Below are positions 8,703 to 16,693 of a stretch of DNA of 64,000 nucleotides, one piece after another (the stretch's first letter is position 1; every line of letters begins with the position of its first letter). The position numbers and the translations under genes are program-made. Under the pieces are notes generated by a model that had not been told where the DNA came from, searched no databases, and saw nothing but the letters and a program-made list of their open reading frames with translations. The DNA is from an uncultured Pseudomonadota bacterium (GTDB taxonomy: Bacteria; UBA10199; JADFYH01), in assembly GCA_964384365.1 (NCBI GenBank), contig CAYLKF010000001.1:212079-276078 (forward strand). Direction: 5' to 3'.

Positions 8703-9928
8703 TAGAGTGCTTCCTCTTCATACTTCACCCTCACCTCACCACTCATCAGTTTAGGTAAAAGAGTGTCGCGAAGTTTTTCTAAATTTCTTATTTGTTGGTG
8801 ATTCGAATCAATTTTTTCCCAGGCATTTTCGGTAAAATTACAAAAAGTATGTAGGATCTCTTTTGAAGGTAATTGAAACTCAACAGTTTCAATGTCAGAT
8901 GGTTTTAGAGATGGATAAGTAGAAGTTGAAGCTTCAGCAATTGTGCTTAGATATTCCGTCATTTCATTCTGAGTAAGGAGATAATAAATAAAATGCGGAT
9001 TAATAGCACTGCAAGTGAGTACGCAAAAACCAGTTGAAACAACTAAGTTATTAGGCGGATTTTTAATAAATCCATAATGTTTATGATTAGGCCTGACTGT
9101 TGAAACGATAATATCATTATGTTGAACTAACCTTTTGGCCCGACTAGGAGAATCTTTTAGGGAATAAATTTCAAATTTTTCAATTTTCCCTTCTGTAATA
9201 GAACCAGTATCCAAATATTTAATAATTTCGTAAGGATGATCCGTCCTGAGTGTAGAAATATTAGTTTTTGCAATGTCACCTATAGTAATATTTGGCCAAC
9301 TTGGATTAGCCTCCTCCACAAACCACTGCCGAAAAAGTGTTTCAGCAATAGCTTCTAGGGTTTTGTTTTGGCGGTGGAGGAGGTCAATTTTGTCATCCAG
9401 GCTGGAGAGAATTTCGGCGATGGCTTTTTGTTCGGGGAGAGGTGGTAAAAAAAATGCATAATTTTTTATTGCCGTTGGAGAAGTATGTTTTATTGATGTT
9501 CCAGATGATGCGCTGACAATATATTGTTGATACTCTCTAGTTCGCATTAACCAATAAATAAATTCTCTATCCGTATTATTATTATTATTATTATTTTTAA
9601 ATTTAACTAAACCAACTCGTTGATTATGGAGAAAAATGACACCTTCCATATAAGGTATCTTTGCTGTATACCCTAAAGTATCACCGTCTTTACTTAAATC
9701 GGTCATAGTAACAATAATGTCGTCTGGTGTAAGAATATATTCTTTTGGAAAATCAGAGGATGAAAAATACTTAAACTTATCCTGCTTAAACCCACCCCCA
9801 ATATGAAAGTTTCCAGGGGTAACTAGAATTTTATCTGTTTTTTCTTGAGTTATATATTTTCCCTTAAAAGCATAACCATGCTTTATATCTATGACTTCAC
9901 CTAATGTTGTTTCTTCCCACTCACCCAT
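8702..9928 (-). CDS. hsdS: Type I restriction-modification specificity subunit (HsdS), two target-recognition domains
   Basis: Conserved central region LPPLPEQKAIAEIL...LLHRQN and C-terminal repeat LPSKEIL...LEKLRDTLLPKLMSGEV. Start overlaps the hsdM stop by 8 nt. Confidence 0.9.
   Translation of the reverse strand: MGEWEETTLGEVIDIKHGYAFKGKYITQEKTDKILVTPGNFHIGGGFKQDKFKYFSSSDFPKEYILTPDDIIVTMTDLSKDGDTLGYTAKIPYMEGVIFLHNQRVGLVKFKNNNNNNNTDREFIYWLMRTREYQQYIVSASSGTSIKHTSPTAIKNYAFFLPPLPEQKAIAEILSSLDDKIDLLHRQNKTLEAIAETLFRQWFVEEANPSWPNITIGDIAKTNISTLRTDHPYEIIKYLDTGSITEGKIEKFEIYSLKDSPSRAKRLVQHNDIIVSTVRPNHKHYGFIKNPPNNLVVSTGFCVLTCSAINPHFIYYLLTQNEMTEYLSTIAEASTSTYPSLKPSDIETVEFQLPSKEILHTFCNFTENAWEKIDSNHQQIRNLEKLRDTLLPKLMSGEVRVKYEEEAL
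9577..9597 (-). repeat. (AAT)7 trinucleotide repeat inside hsdS encoding a poly-Asn run
   Basis: Plus strand reads (ATT)x7; minus-strand translation ...KFKNNNNNNNTDREF in the first target-recognition domain. Confidence 0.85.
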
Positions 9929-11438
9929 TCAAAACCACCTTCGCTAAATTCTCTAAAATACGTTCATTGAGCTTAACTTCTTCTTTCATCTGAGCTTCCA
10001 ACTCCGCTTTGAGAACGGTAAAGCGTTCTGCAAAATTGAAATCATCTTCAATATCTTCCAAGCCCACATAGCGGCCTGGGGTCAGCACATAATCCAACTC
10101 CTGCACACGCTGGATGCTAGCTGAATTGCAGAATCCTTTTATGTCTTGATATCCATCGTCTTCCGATCGCCAGTTATGATAAGTTTGAGCAATTTTTTGG
10201 ATGTCTTCGTGAGAAAATTCTTTTGTGCGTCGATTGATGAGATGGCCGAGGTTACGGGCATCGATAAATAGAATTTCTTCCCGGCGATAGGTTTTGCCAC
10301 GTCGCAAAAACCATAAAGAAGCGGGGATTTGCGTATTCAGAAACAATTTGGCGGGCAAGTTAACGATGCAATCCACTAAGCGAGCTTCGATCAGTGCTTT
10401 GCGGATTTCGCCTTCGCCGGAGGATTTAGAAGTAAGCGCCCCTTTCGCCATGACAAAACCGGCATGGCCACTCGGAGATAAATGATAGAGGAAATGTTGA
10501 ATCCAGGCATAGTTGGCATTGCCACTGGGAGGAACGCCATATTTCCAGCGACCATCATTGCGGAGCAAATCACCGCTCCAGTCGCTATCATTAAAGGGAG
10601 GATTCGCGATGATGAAATCAGCTTTTAGATCTTTATGCGTATCGTTAAGAAAAGAACCTTCGTTGTTCCATTTCACTTGTGAGCTATCAATACCACGGAT
10701 GGCAAGATTCATTTTCGCCAAGCGCCAAGTGGTTTGATTGCTTTCTTGACCATAAATGGAAATATCGTTGATGCGGCCTTGTCGAGCTTCCACAAATTTT
10801 TCGGATTGAACAAACATTCCCCCTGAACCGCAGCAGGGGTCAAAGACTCGGCCTTTATAGGGCTCCAACATTTCTACCAGTAATTGCACAATAGAGCGAG
10901 GCGTATAGAACTGTCCCCCTTGTTTACCTTCTGCTAATGCGAATTCACCCAGAAAATATTCAAACACATGCCCCAGTATATCGGCACTGCGGGCTTTACT
11001 TTGTTCAATATCGATATTGCTAAATTCATCGATGAGTTTGCCTAAGTTGGCAGAATCTAAATTTCCTCGGGCAAAAACTTTTGGGAGGACTCCTTTGAGG
11101 GAAGGATTATCGCGCTCGATAGCATCCATTGCAGCATCGATGTCTTTTCCTATCTCTGGCAGCTTGGCCCGTGACTGCAAGTAGTTCCAACGCGCGGAAG
11201 GAGGCACAAAAAAAACATTCTTGGCTTTGTATTCGTCACGATCTTCCGGGTCGGCTCCCGCGAACTCTCCTTCGCCTTTTTTGAGTTGTTCATAAATTTC
11301 TTCAAAGGAACTTGAAATATATTTTAGAAAAACCAACCCCAAGACGACATGCTTGTATTCTGCCGCATCAATGTTTTTGCGAAGTTTATCCGCCGCTTCC
11401 CAAAGTTTTTTTTCTAATGATTCAATTTTTGAAGTCAT
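9921..11438 (-). CDS. hsdM: Type I restriction-modification N6-adenine DNA methyltransferase (HsdM)
   Basis: Motif I DPCCGSGGMF and motif IV FIIANPPFN. ATG at 11438..11436 with AGAGGGAG just upstream. Confidence 0.92.
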   Translation of the reverse strand: MTSKIESLEKKLWEAADKLRKNIDAAEYKHVVLGLVFLKYISSSFEEIYEQLKKGEGEFAGADPEDRDEYKAKNVFFVPPSARWNYLQSRAKLPEIGKDIDAAMDAIERDNPSLKGVLPKVFARGNLDSANLGKLIDEFSNIDIEQSKARSADILGHVFEYFLGEFALAEGKQGGQFYTPRSIVQLLVEMLEPYKGRVFDPCCGSGGMFVQSEKFVEARQGRINDISIYGQESNQTTWRLAKMNLAIRGIDSSQVKWNNEGSFLNDTHKDLKADFIIANPPFNDSDWSGDLLRNDGRWKYGVPPSGNANYAWIQHFLYHLSPSGHAGFVMAKGALTSKSSGEGEIRKALIEARLVDCIVNLPAKLFLNTQIPASLWFLRRGKTYRREEILFIDARNLGHLINRRTKEFSHEDIQKIAQTYHNWRSEDDGYQDIKGFCNSASIQRVQELDYVLTPGRYVGLEDIEDDFNFAERFTVLKAELEAQMKEEVKLNERILENLAKVVLNG

Positions 11439-11536
11439 GCTCCCTCTTTATTAAAAGAAAAATCACTCATTTTTGGAATGAGGAATTTCTACTAAAGCTC
11501 CAAGCTTTGAAAAGAAAGATCTATTTTCTCTGATCA

Positions 11537-11818
11537 CTACCTTCTCATATCAGGCCCCACCGTTACAAATTCACCCAAGCTTTCTAAACCTTCTCGAATA
11601 TGCGCGTTTCGCACATGCTCGAAGGTAACTTGGGCGCCCCACTCTTCGATAAAATTAAACTGATAAGTTTCGCTTGGATTTTGTTGAAATTCAAAACCCA
11701 AACATCCCGCACTTTTTAAAGCCGCAGCAATGGTGATACTCAAAAAATTCTTCATCGCTTCTTCTTGACCCGGCAAGGCTTTATAAAGTGAAATCATCCT
11801 CACAGTTTTACGGCGCAT
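11537..11818 (-). CDS. Antibiotic-biosynthesis-monooxygenase (ABM) family protein
   Basis: About 93 aa with an ABM-like pattern (ISLYKALPGQEEA...GCLGFEF...FIEEWGAQVTFEHVRNAH). The track start is a TTG at 11830; first ATG at 11818 has GGAG 6 nt upstream. Its 3' end is the right direct repeat. Confidence 0.6.
   Translation of the reverse strand: MRRKTVRMISLYKALPGQEEAMKNFLSITIAAALKSAGCLGFEFQQNPSETYQFNFIEEWGAQVTFEHVRNAHIREGLESLGEFVTVGPDMRR
11538..11626. repeat. Right direct repeat (the intact 3' end of the ABM gene)
   Basis: 86/89 identity to 3735..3823. Confidence 0.85.
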
Positions 11819-11850
11819 TTTTTTCTCCAATTTACAAAATTAATTTTGAT

Positions 11851-11882
11851 AAAAAAAGGCCCTACAGAATTTCTGTAGGGCC
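11851..11882 (-). terminator. Intrinsic terminator 3 nt downstream of tRNA-Leu
   Basis: 10-bp perfect stem GGCCCTACAG / CTGTAGGGCC with 5-nt loop; the plus-strand A-run 11851..11857 is the U-tract on the minus strand. Confidence 0.7.
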
Positions 11883-11884
11883 AG

Positions 11885-11970
11885 TGCCCGAGGCCGGAAT
11901 CGAACCGGCACGACCGTTTCCAGTCACAGGATTTTAAGTCCTGTGTGTCTACCAATTCCACCACTCGGGC
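11885..11970 (-). tRNA. tRNA-Leu (anticodon UAA), long variable arm
   Basis: Cloverleaf folded by hand: acceptor GCCCGAG/CTCGGGC, anticodon stem CAGGA/TCCTG with loop CTTAAAA, T-stem GCCGG/CCGGC with loop TTCGATT, discriminator A. Confidence 0.85.
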
Positions 11971-12005
11971 TAGCAGATCATTCGTATTAAACGAATGATC
12001 TGCTA
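11971..12005. repeat. 15-bp perfect-stem hairpin abutting the 5' end of tRNA-Leu
   Basis: TAGCAGATCATTCGT - ATTAA - ACGAATGATCTGCTA. No U-tract, so not a canonical terminator. Confidence 0.7.
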
Positions 12006-12038
12006 GGATTTAGTAACTAGTAATTAGTTTTTAGGGGG

Positions 12039-12404
12039 TCAACTTTTATCTTCTAGATTTTTAATTAATCCGCTAAGCATTTTGGAAATTTCAACACATT
12101 CTTGTCGAAATATTTTATATTGCTCCGACGAAATGGATTGAAGATCCAGTCCAAGTTCTAAAAGGGGCACACACTCATAAGTTGATCCTCTTGCTATAGT
12201 GTAAAAATTTTTCTTTTCTTTTAAAGACTCTCTCCCCCCACCTTCTGCTATGTTTAAAGTAATACTCATCGAAGCCCTGCGAAGTTGATCACACCACGAA
12301 AAATTATTTTTTGAAAATGGGCTTATTACTTTTATTATTTGTTTAGAAAAAACAAGCGCCCTCTGATAAACATGTAACTTTTCAAATGAGAACTGTTCGT
12401 CCAT
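12039..12404 (-). CDS. Four-helix-bundle protein (23S rRNA intervening-sequence protein / Avd-like family)
   Basis: Family-typical pattern LHVYQRALVF...DQLRRASMSITLNIAEGGGRES...FYTIARGSTYEC. Confidence 0.8.
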   Translation of the reverse strand: MDEQFSFEKLHVYQRALVFSKQIIKVISPFSKNNFSWCDQLRRASMSITLNIAEGGGRESLKEKKNFYTIARGSTYECVPLLELGLDLQSISSEQYKIFRQECVEISKMLSGLIKNLEDKS

Positions 12405-12438
12405 ATCCCTATCTACTTAAAACTTAACCCTTAATACT

Positions 12439-12470
12439 AAAAAAACTTCCCCGTTAAGGGGAAGTTTTTT
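12439..12470. terminator. Bidirectional intrinsic terminator immediately downstream of tRNA-Cys
   Basis: 8-bp stem ACTTCCCC / GGGGAAGT, loop GTTAA, A-run on one side and T-run on the other. Confidence 0.7.
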
Positions 12471-12471
12471 A

Positions 12472-12543
<72 letters not shown>

Positions 12544-12555
12544 ACAAACCGCCTT

Positions 12556-12662
12556 CCATAAAAATGCATCTGCGGTGTTGCCACTCCTCAACACTCCTCA
12601 CATACCATTAGAGATATGCTCCGGTTGTTTCCTCGTGGCTGCCTAGCATCTGCAATTTTTCT
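12556..12662 (+). repeat. Intergenic block-conserved element, copy 1 of the GTTGCC / CCTCAC / GCTCCGGTTG / GCCTAGCATCTG family
   Basis: Shares four blocks at near-identical spacing with 29261..29336; an internal hairpin co-varies between copies (CATA..TATG here, CGTAC..GTACG there). Confidence 0.5.
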
Positions 12663-12687
12663 GTAAGGCTATTACCAAACTAATATG

Positions 12688-12824
12688 AACAATTCGGCAG
12701 TGTTTCTGAAAGAAGGCAAAGTGCTGAATTCTTTAGGACTCACTAATACAGATCTGCACGTAACAAATTAGTTTCCTTACAGCGCGTTTTACCTGCACTG
12801 AAGAAATACTGCCGAATTGTTTCA
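12688..12824 (+). repeat. Intergenic element with imperfect terminal inverted repeats; shares blocks with 36265..36370
   Basis: Arms CAATTCGGCAGT (12689..12700) and ACTGCCGAATTG (12810..12821). Blocks AAAGTGCTGAATT and CAGCGCGTTTT recur 45-46 nt apart in both copies. Confidence 0.5.
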
Positions 12825-12894
12825 ATTCAAAATGAGCGCTTGACCGCCTTAAAACAGGCGCTTAGCCTTACTGCATCTCACTGGGAGGTGTCAA

Positions 12895-13413
12895 TTGAAA
12901 GGGCAGATGAAAGTTTTGTTGAGTGCCGAGCAGATTCATCAACGCGTAAGCGAGCTTGCGGATGAGATTTGCCGCGACTATGCGGGCCAGGAACTCACTC
13001 TAGTAGGAGTTTTAAAAGGTTCTTTTATTTTCATGGCTGATTTGATGCGAGCCTTAAAACTCTCTCTTCGTTGCGATTTTCTGAGGATTTCAAGCTATGA
13101 TGGCAAAGGCAAGGCTGGCAATATTCGCCTGGATTTTGATCTCATTCAACCCATCGAAGGCTCTCACGTACTTTTAGTCGAAGATATTTTAGATACGGGT
13201 CAAACCCTTCGTTTTTTACTCGCCCATTTGGCTACAAAAAAACCAAAAAGTTTAGAAATTTGTAGTCTTCTTGATAAACAACTCGATTCCACCTTAAGCC
13301 AAAAAGTACGCTATGTGGGCTTTCAAGTGCCAAAGCAATATTTGGTGGGCTATGGTTTAGATTTAGACGGGCATTATCGCGAACTGCCTTACGTTGCACA
13401 GATTGAAATTTAA
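12895..13413 (+). CDS. hpt: Hypoxanthine-guanine phosphoribosyltransferase
   Basis: PRPP-binding motif VLLVEDILDTGQT. The track start is a TTG with GGGAGG 7 nt upstream; an in-frame ATG follows at 12907. Confidence 0.88.
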   Translation: MKGQMKVLLSAEQIHQRVSELADEICRDYAGQELTLVGVLKGSFIFMADLMRALKLSLRCDFLRISSYDGKGKAGNIRLDFDLIQPIEGSHVLLVEDILDTGQTLRFLLAHLATKKPKSLEICSLLDKQLDSTLSQKVRYVGFQVPKQYLVGYGLDLDGHYRELPYVAQIEI

Positions 13414-13532
13414 GAGAGTATAAAAAGATCGTTTTCTTGGGTTCTTTTCAAGAAAAATGTTTTGAACAATTCACAACAAAAGATTAGATAAAGAGAAACT
13501 ATTCGTTCAAACCCTAATCAGGGAGTTAAATC

Positions 13533-13955
13533 ATGATACCCACGAGAAGAATATTTGCCTCTTTCTTTTTGTTTTTTTGCCTTCTTGGGCTTTTTTGGAC
13601 ATCCAGTAGTTTTGGTGAAGCAGATTCCAAAAGTAATCCAGCCTTAAAAGAAGCGATGGCTCAAATGGGAGCTCTCCTCTCTGGGATCGAAATTTCTAGG
13701 ATGCGGCAGGAAAAACCCGATTGGCAAGAAATCGGACAAACGATCTCAAAGATGAGCAAATTGCTCGATAAAATTAAGAAGATGGACACTGATCACAGTT
13801 ATCAACCCTACACCGATGTACTGGGTGCCGCATTGCTTGATTTAAAGCGCAGTAGTGCAAAAAAAGATAAGAATATTTACAATCAACTCGAAGATCTGAC
13901 CGAAAAATGTTTTCGATGCCATGCCGCTCATCGATCAGATTCTTACTGGCGATAG
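13533..13955 (+). CDS. Secreted class II cytochrome c (cytochrome c'-like), C-terminal CxxCH
   Basis: Signal peptide, about 140 aa, heme motif CFRCH near the C-terminus, GGGAG RBS. Confidence 0.55.
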   Translation: MIPTRRIFASFFLFFCLLGLFWTSSSFGEADSKSNPALKEAMAQMGALLSGIEISRMRQEKPDWQEIGQTISKMSKLLDKIKKMDTDHSYQPYTDVLGAALLDLKRSSAKKDKNIYNQLEDLTEKCFRCHAAHRSDSYWR

Positions 13956-13971
13956 GTAAAGGCAATATTGG

Positions 13972-14019
13972 GTAAAAAAACAAAGGCTCTTTGCCTGAAA
14001 GCAAAGAGCCTTTTATTTT
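13972..14019. terminator. Bidirectional intrinsic terminator between convergent genes
   Basis: 13-bp stem AAAGGCTCTTTGC / GCAAAGAGCCTTT followed by TTTTATTTT, with an A-run on the other side. Confidence 0.8.
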
Positions 14020-14052
14020 CAGCCTATTGAAGGAGGTATCAAACAAAAAACT

Positions 14053-15165
14053 TTAGTTGGTATCGTTGACTACTGCTACATATGGATAAGTCGTTGCACT
14101 TCCACTCAAAAGATAAACCCCCAAAACATTATTTAAATAAACGGTATTTCCGGTGGTGGTCGACGCACCTGGAAAGATCACCTCCGCCCAGTTTGCCGGG
14201 CCAAAAGCTCCGGTGCTGGTACGCTGAACCAGGGCATATCCAGCACCCGTGGCACCATCGCTCGCACCACCCACCGTCGTCCAACTCGCCACCAAATGAT
14301 ATTGACCTTCTCCACCATCAATCCCTTCAAAATGAGTCACTTGATTGGTTTGATCGAGAAAATTATACGCTTGCCAATTTGTGGCCTGCTGCGTGGAAGA
14401 ATCCCAATCGACTAAATAAGCGACTTCACCTTCTGTTGCGAGCAAAGGATCATGATAGCCTCCCGCAATGGTATAACTAGTTCCCCCATTCCACCAAATC
14501 CCATAAGCAGAAATGCTGGTGGTACCCGATTTGGTAAGTTCGTAATAGGTAGAATTCGCTGTGTTGTAGATGAAAACGCGCCCCGAGCGAAGCTGAGTAT
14601 CAAAATTTCCAACCGCGACTCCATTCATTGTACTATGCGGCACAGTACCCGCTAAGATATCGCCTCCAGCAACTAGCGAAGTGGGTAAAAGATTAAGCCA
14701 CGTGGTTCCACTCGCATTGGGAGGACCACTATAAAAAAATCCGTAAGTTTTATTATCTCCTTGAATTTGATAAGTCCCCACAGCATTCACTTCACCACTT
14801 CTGCTACTATTATCTGGGCCATAAAGATTTGAAGAAACGATCGTCTGACCCGGCGCCAAGGTTGCAGAAGGTTGAAAAAGATTCCACGTTCCTGCCTCGG
14901 AATTTAAATTACCCTGATCGATAAAAAGTGGCCCTTGATAAAGCAAGGCTGTGCTCACACCATTCACCGTATATCCCCCGCTAATATAAACATCGGTGGA
15001 GCCAGCGACTCGGCGAATACCCGTCACAAAGGTGCTCGGATACTGTGGATCGGTCGGAAAATTATGATAAACCACGCCAGGTTCATTCGGACCACAAGCT
15101 ACAAGGGGATGAAGAAAAACTCCAAAAAGGAGCAAACTAAAAATGGAAACATATTTTTTGATCAT
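14053..15165 (-). CDS. Hypothetical lipoprotein, Gly/Thr/Ser-rich
   Basis: Lipobox-like LVAC after a hydrophobic N-terminus; no recognisable catalytic motif. Confidence 0.6.
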   Translation of the reverse strand: MIKKYVSIFSLLLFGVFLHPLVACGPNEPGVVYHNFPTDPQYPSTFVTGIRRVAGSTDVYISGGYTVNGVSTALLYQGPLFIDQGNLNSEAGTWNLFQPSATLAPGQTIVSSNLYGPDNSSRSGEVNAVGTYQIQGDNKTYGFFYSGPPNASGTTWLNLLPTSLVAGGDILAGTVPHSTMNGVAVGNFDTQLRSGRVFIYNTANSTYYELTKSGTTSISAYGIWWNGGTSYTIAGGYHDPLLATEGEVAYLVDWDSSTQQATNWQAYNFLDQTNQVTHFEGIDGGEGQYHLVASWTTVGGASDGATGAGYALVQRTSTGAFGPANWAEVIFPGASTTTGNTVYLNNVLGVYLLSGSATTYPYVAVVNDTN

Positions 15166-15319
15166 CCGAAAATTTTGAAGATTTTGTTAAATCTTGTCAA
15201 GAAATGTCCAAATTGCTTTTTATTTTTTCATCCCCCTATATTTTCAAAAAGTTAGAATTGAATCCCGGTATTTTAAACTTTCTCTTTCCAGCTTGAATCT
15301 TCTTTTATATTCTCAAGAA

Positions 15320-16582
15320 ATGCCCAACCTTTCTCAAAAACCCCGGGTAATTGTTGTCGGTGCGGGCTTTGGTGGCTTACAAGCCACTCAAGCCTTGAAA
15401 AATGCGGCTGTGCAGATTAGCCTGATCGACAAAAACAATTATCATTTATTTCAACCGTTACTTTACCAAGTTGCCACGGCAGGCCTCTCTGCTCCGGATA
15501 TTGCCGAGCCGATTCGAGGTGTATTGAAAAAGCAAAAAAATGTTGAAGTCTTGATGGGTGAAGTAAAATCAATCACATTAGCTGAAAAATCAGTTATCTT
15601 AGAAAACCGCAAACTGAATTACGATTATCTAATCCTGGCTCCCGGAGCTCATTATAATTATTTCGGCCATTCTTGGGAAAAAGATGCTCCTGGACTCAAA
15701 ACCGTCGAGGATGCGTTGTTGATTCGCCGAAAAATCCTCCTTGCCTTCGAAAAGGCAGAAGTAGAAGAAGATATTGAAACTCGTCAGGCTTTACTAACTT
15801 TTGTCATCGTGGGGGCGGGCCCGACGGGCGTTGAATTGGCTGGTTCCATTGCGGAACTCGCCCATAAAGCACTCGCCGCTGATTTTAGACGCATCAATCT
15901 CCAAGAAACCCGAATTCTCTTAATCGAAGCGGGGCCTCGCATTTTAGCTGGCTTCGATGAACGCTTAGCCCACAAGGCCCAAGAAAAACTAAAACAGTTG
16001 GGGGTAGAAATTTTACTTAGTTCCCAGGTTTCGGACATCCAAAAAACTGGGGTCCACGTAAATGAAAAATTTATCGCGTCGTATACCGTTCTCTGGGCAG
16101 CGGGGGTTGTCGCATCGCCTTTAATTGCAAAATTAGGATGCAAAACCGACAAGATTGGCCGTGCTGTGGTGGAAAAAGACCTTTCTCTTCCGGGCCACTC
16201 CAATGTTTTTGTGATCGGAGATTCTGCGTGCGTGTTTCAAGATGGGAAAGCTTTGGTGGGAATGGCACCCATGGCTAAACAAGAAGGCCTCTATGTCGGC
16301 AAATTAATCCAAGATCAATTGAAGCGAAAATCTACACCCGCTTTTCATTATTTTGATAAAGGCCAAATGGCAACGATCGGAAGAAATTTTGCCATCGCTC
16401 AAGTGGGCTCTAAAAAAATTGCGGGCTTCTTTGCCTGGTTAATGTGGCTCGTGGTGCACATTTTTTATTTGATCAGCTTTGAAAATCGTTTTTCGGTCTT
16501 CACTCAGTGGGTCTGGAATTATTTCACATTTCATCGTGGTGCACGGGTGATTACCTTCGAAAAAGACTCTCACGAACAGTAA
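15320..16582 (+). CDS. ndh: Type II NADH:quinone oxidoreductase (NDH-2)
   Basis: Two dinucleotide-binding motifs (RVIVVGAGFGG and FVIVGAGPTGVE). The track start at 15194 adds an implausible low-complexity extension; I place the start at in-frame ATG 15320. Confidence 0.85.
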   Translation: MPNLSQKPRVIVVGAGFGGLQATQALKNAAVQISLIDKNNYHLFQPLLYQVATAGLSAPDIAEPIRGVLKKQKNVEVLMGEVKSITLAEKSVILENRKLNYDYLILAPGAHYNYFGHSWEKDAPGLKTVEDALLIRRKILLAFEKAEVEEDIETRQALLTFVIVGAGPTGVELAGSIAELAHKALAADFRRINLQETRILLIEAGPRILAGFDERLAHKAQEKLKQLGVEILLSSQVSDIQKTGVHVNEKFIASYTVLWAAGVVASPLIAKLGCKTDKIGRAVVEKDLSLPGHSNVFVIGDSACVFQDGKALVGMAPMAKQEGLYVGKLIQDQLKRKSTPAFHYFDKGQMATIGRNFAIAQVGSKKIAGFFAWLMWLVVHIFYLISFENRFSVFTQWVWNYFTFHRGARVITFEKDSHEQ

Positions 16583-16693
16583 ACTTTATTCTAAAAACAA
16601 GCTCAAAAACACGCATTCATTGTAAATAATTCTCGCCAGGGATTCCCCCACGAAGTAAATCGGGGCTTCCAGCAACTTTGGAAAAATGACTTC

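Larger units (their letters stand above)
3735..11626. mobile_element. Candidate genomic (defence) island bounded by 89-bp direct repeats; carries the Type I R-M operon with embedded SIR2-like cassette; no integrase or transposase
   Basis: Direct repeats at 3735..3823 and 11538..11626. The interior holds five co-oriented, translationally coupled genes. AT-rich composition of the two central genes by eye. Located beside two tRNA genes. Confidence 0.5.

Noticed and set aside
3735-11626. Integrase- or transposase-mediated mobile element
   Set aside because: Direct repeats are present, but no integrase, transposase or recombinase ORF lies inside or beside the island, so I call it only a candidate island.
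12039-12404. Avd-like four-helix-bundle gene as part of a diversity-generating retroelement
   Set aside because: No reverse transcriptase gene and no template/variable repeat pair in the window.
15194-15319. N-terminal extension of the NDH-2 ORF given by the track
   Set aside because: The extension is low-complexity and precedes a well-placed in-frame ATG directly before the dinucleotide-binding motif.
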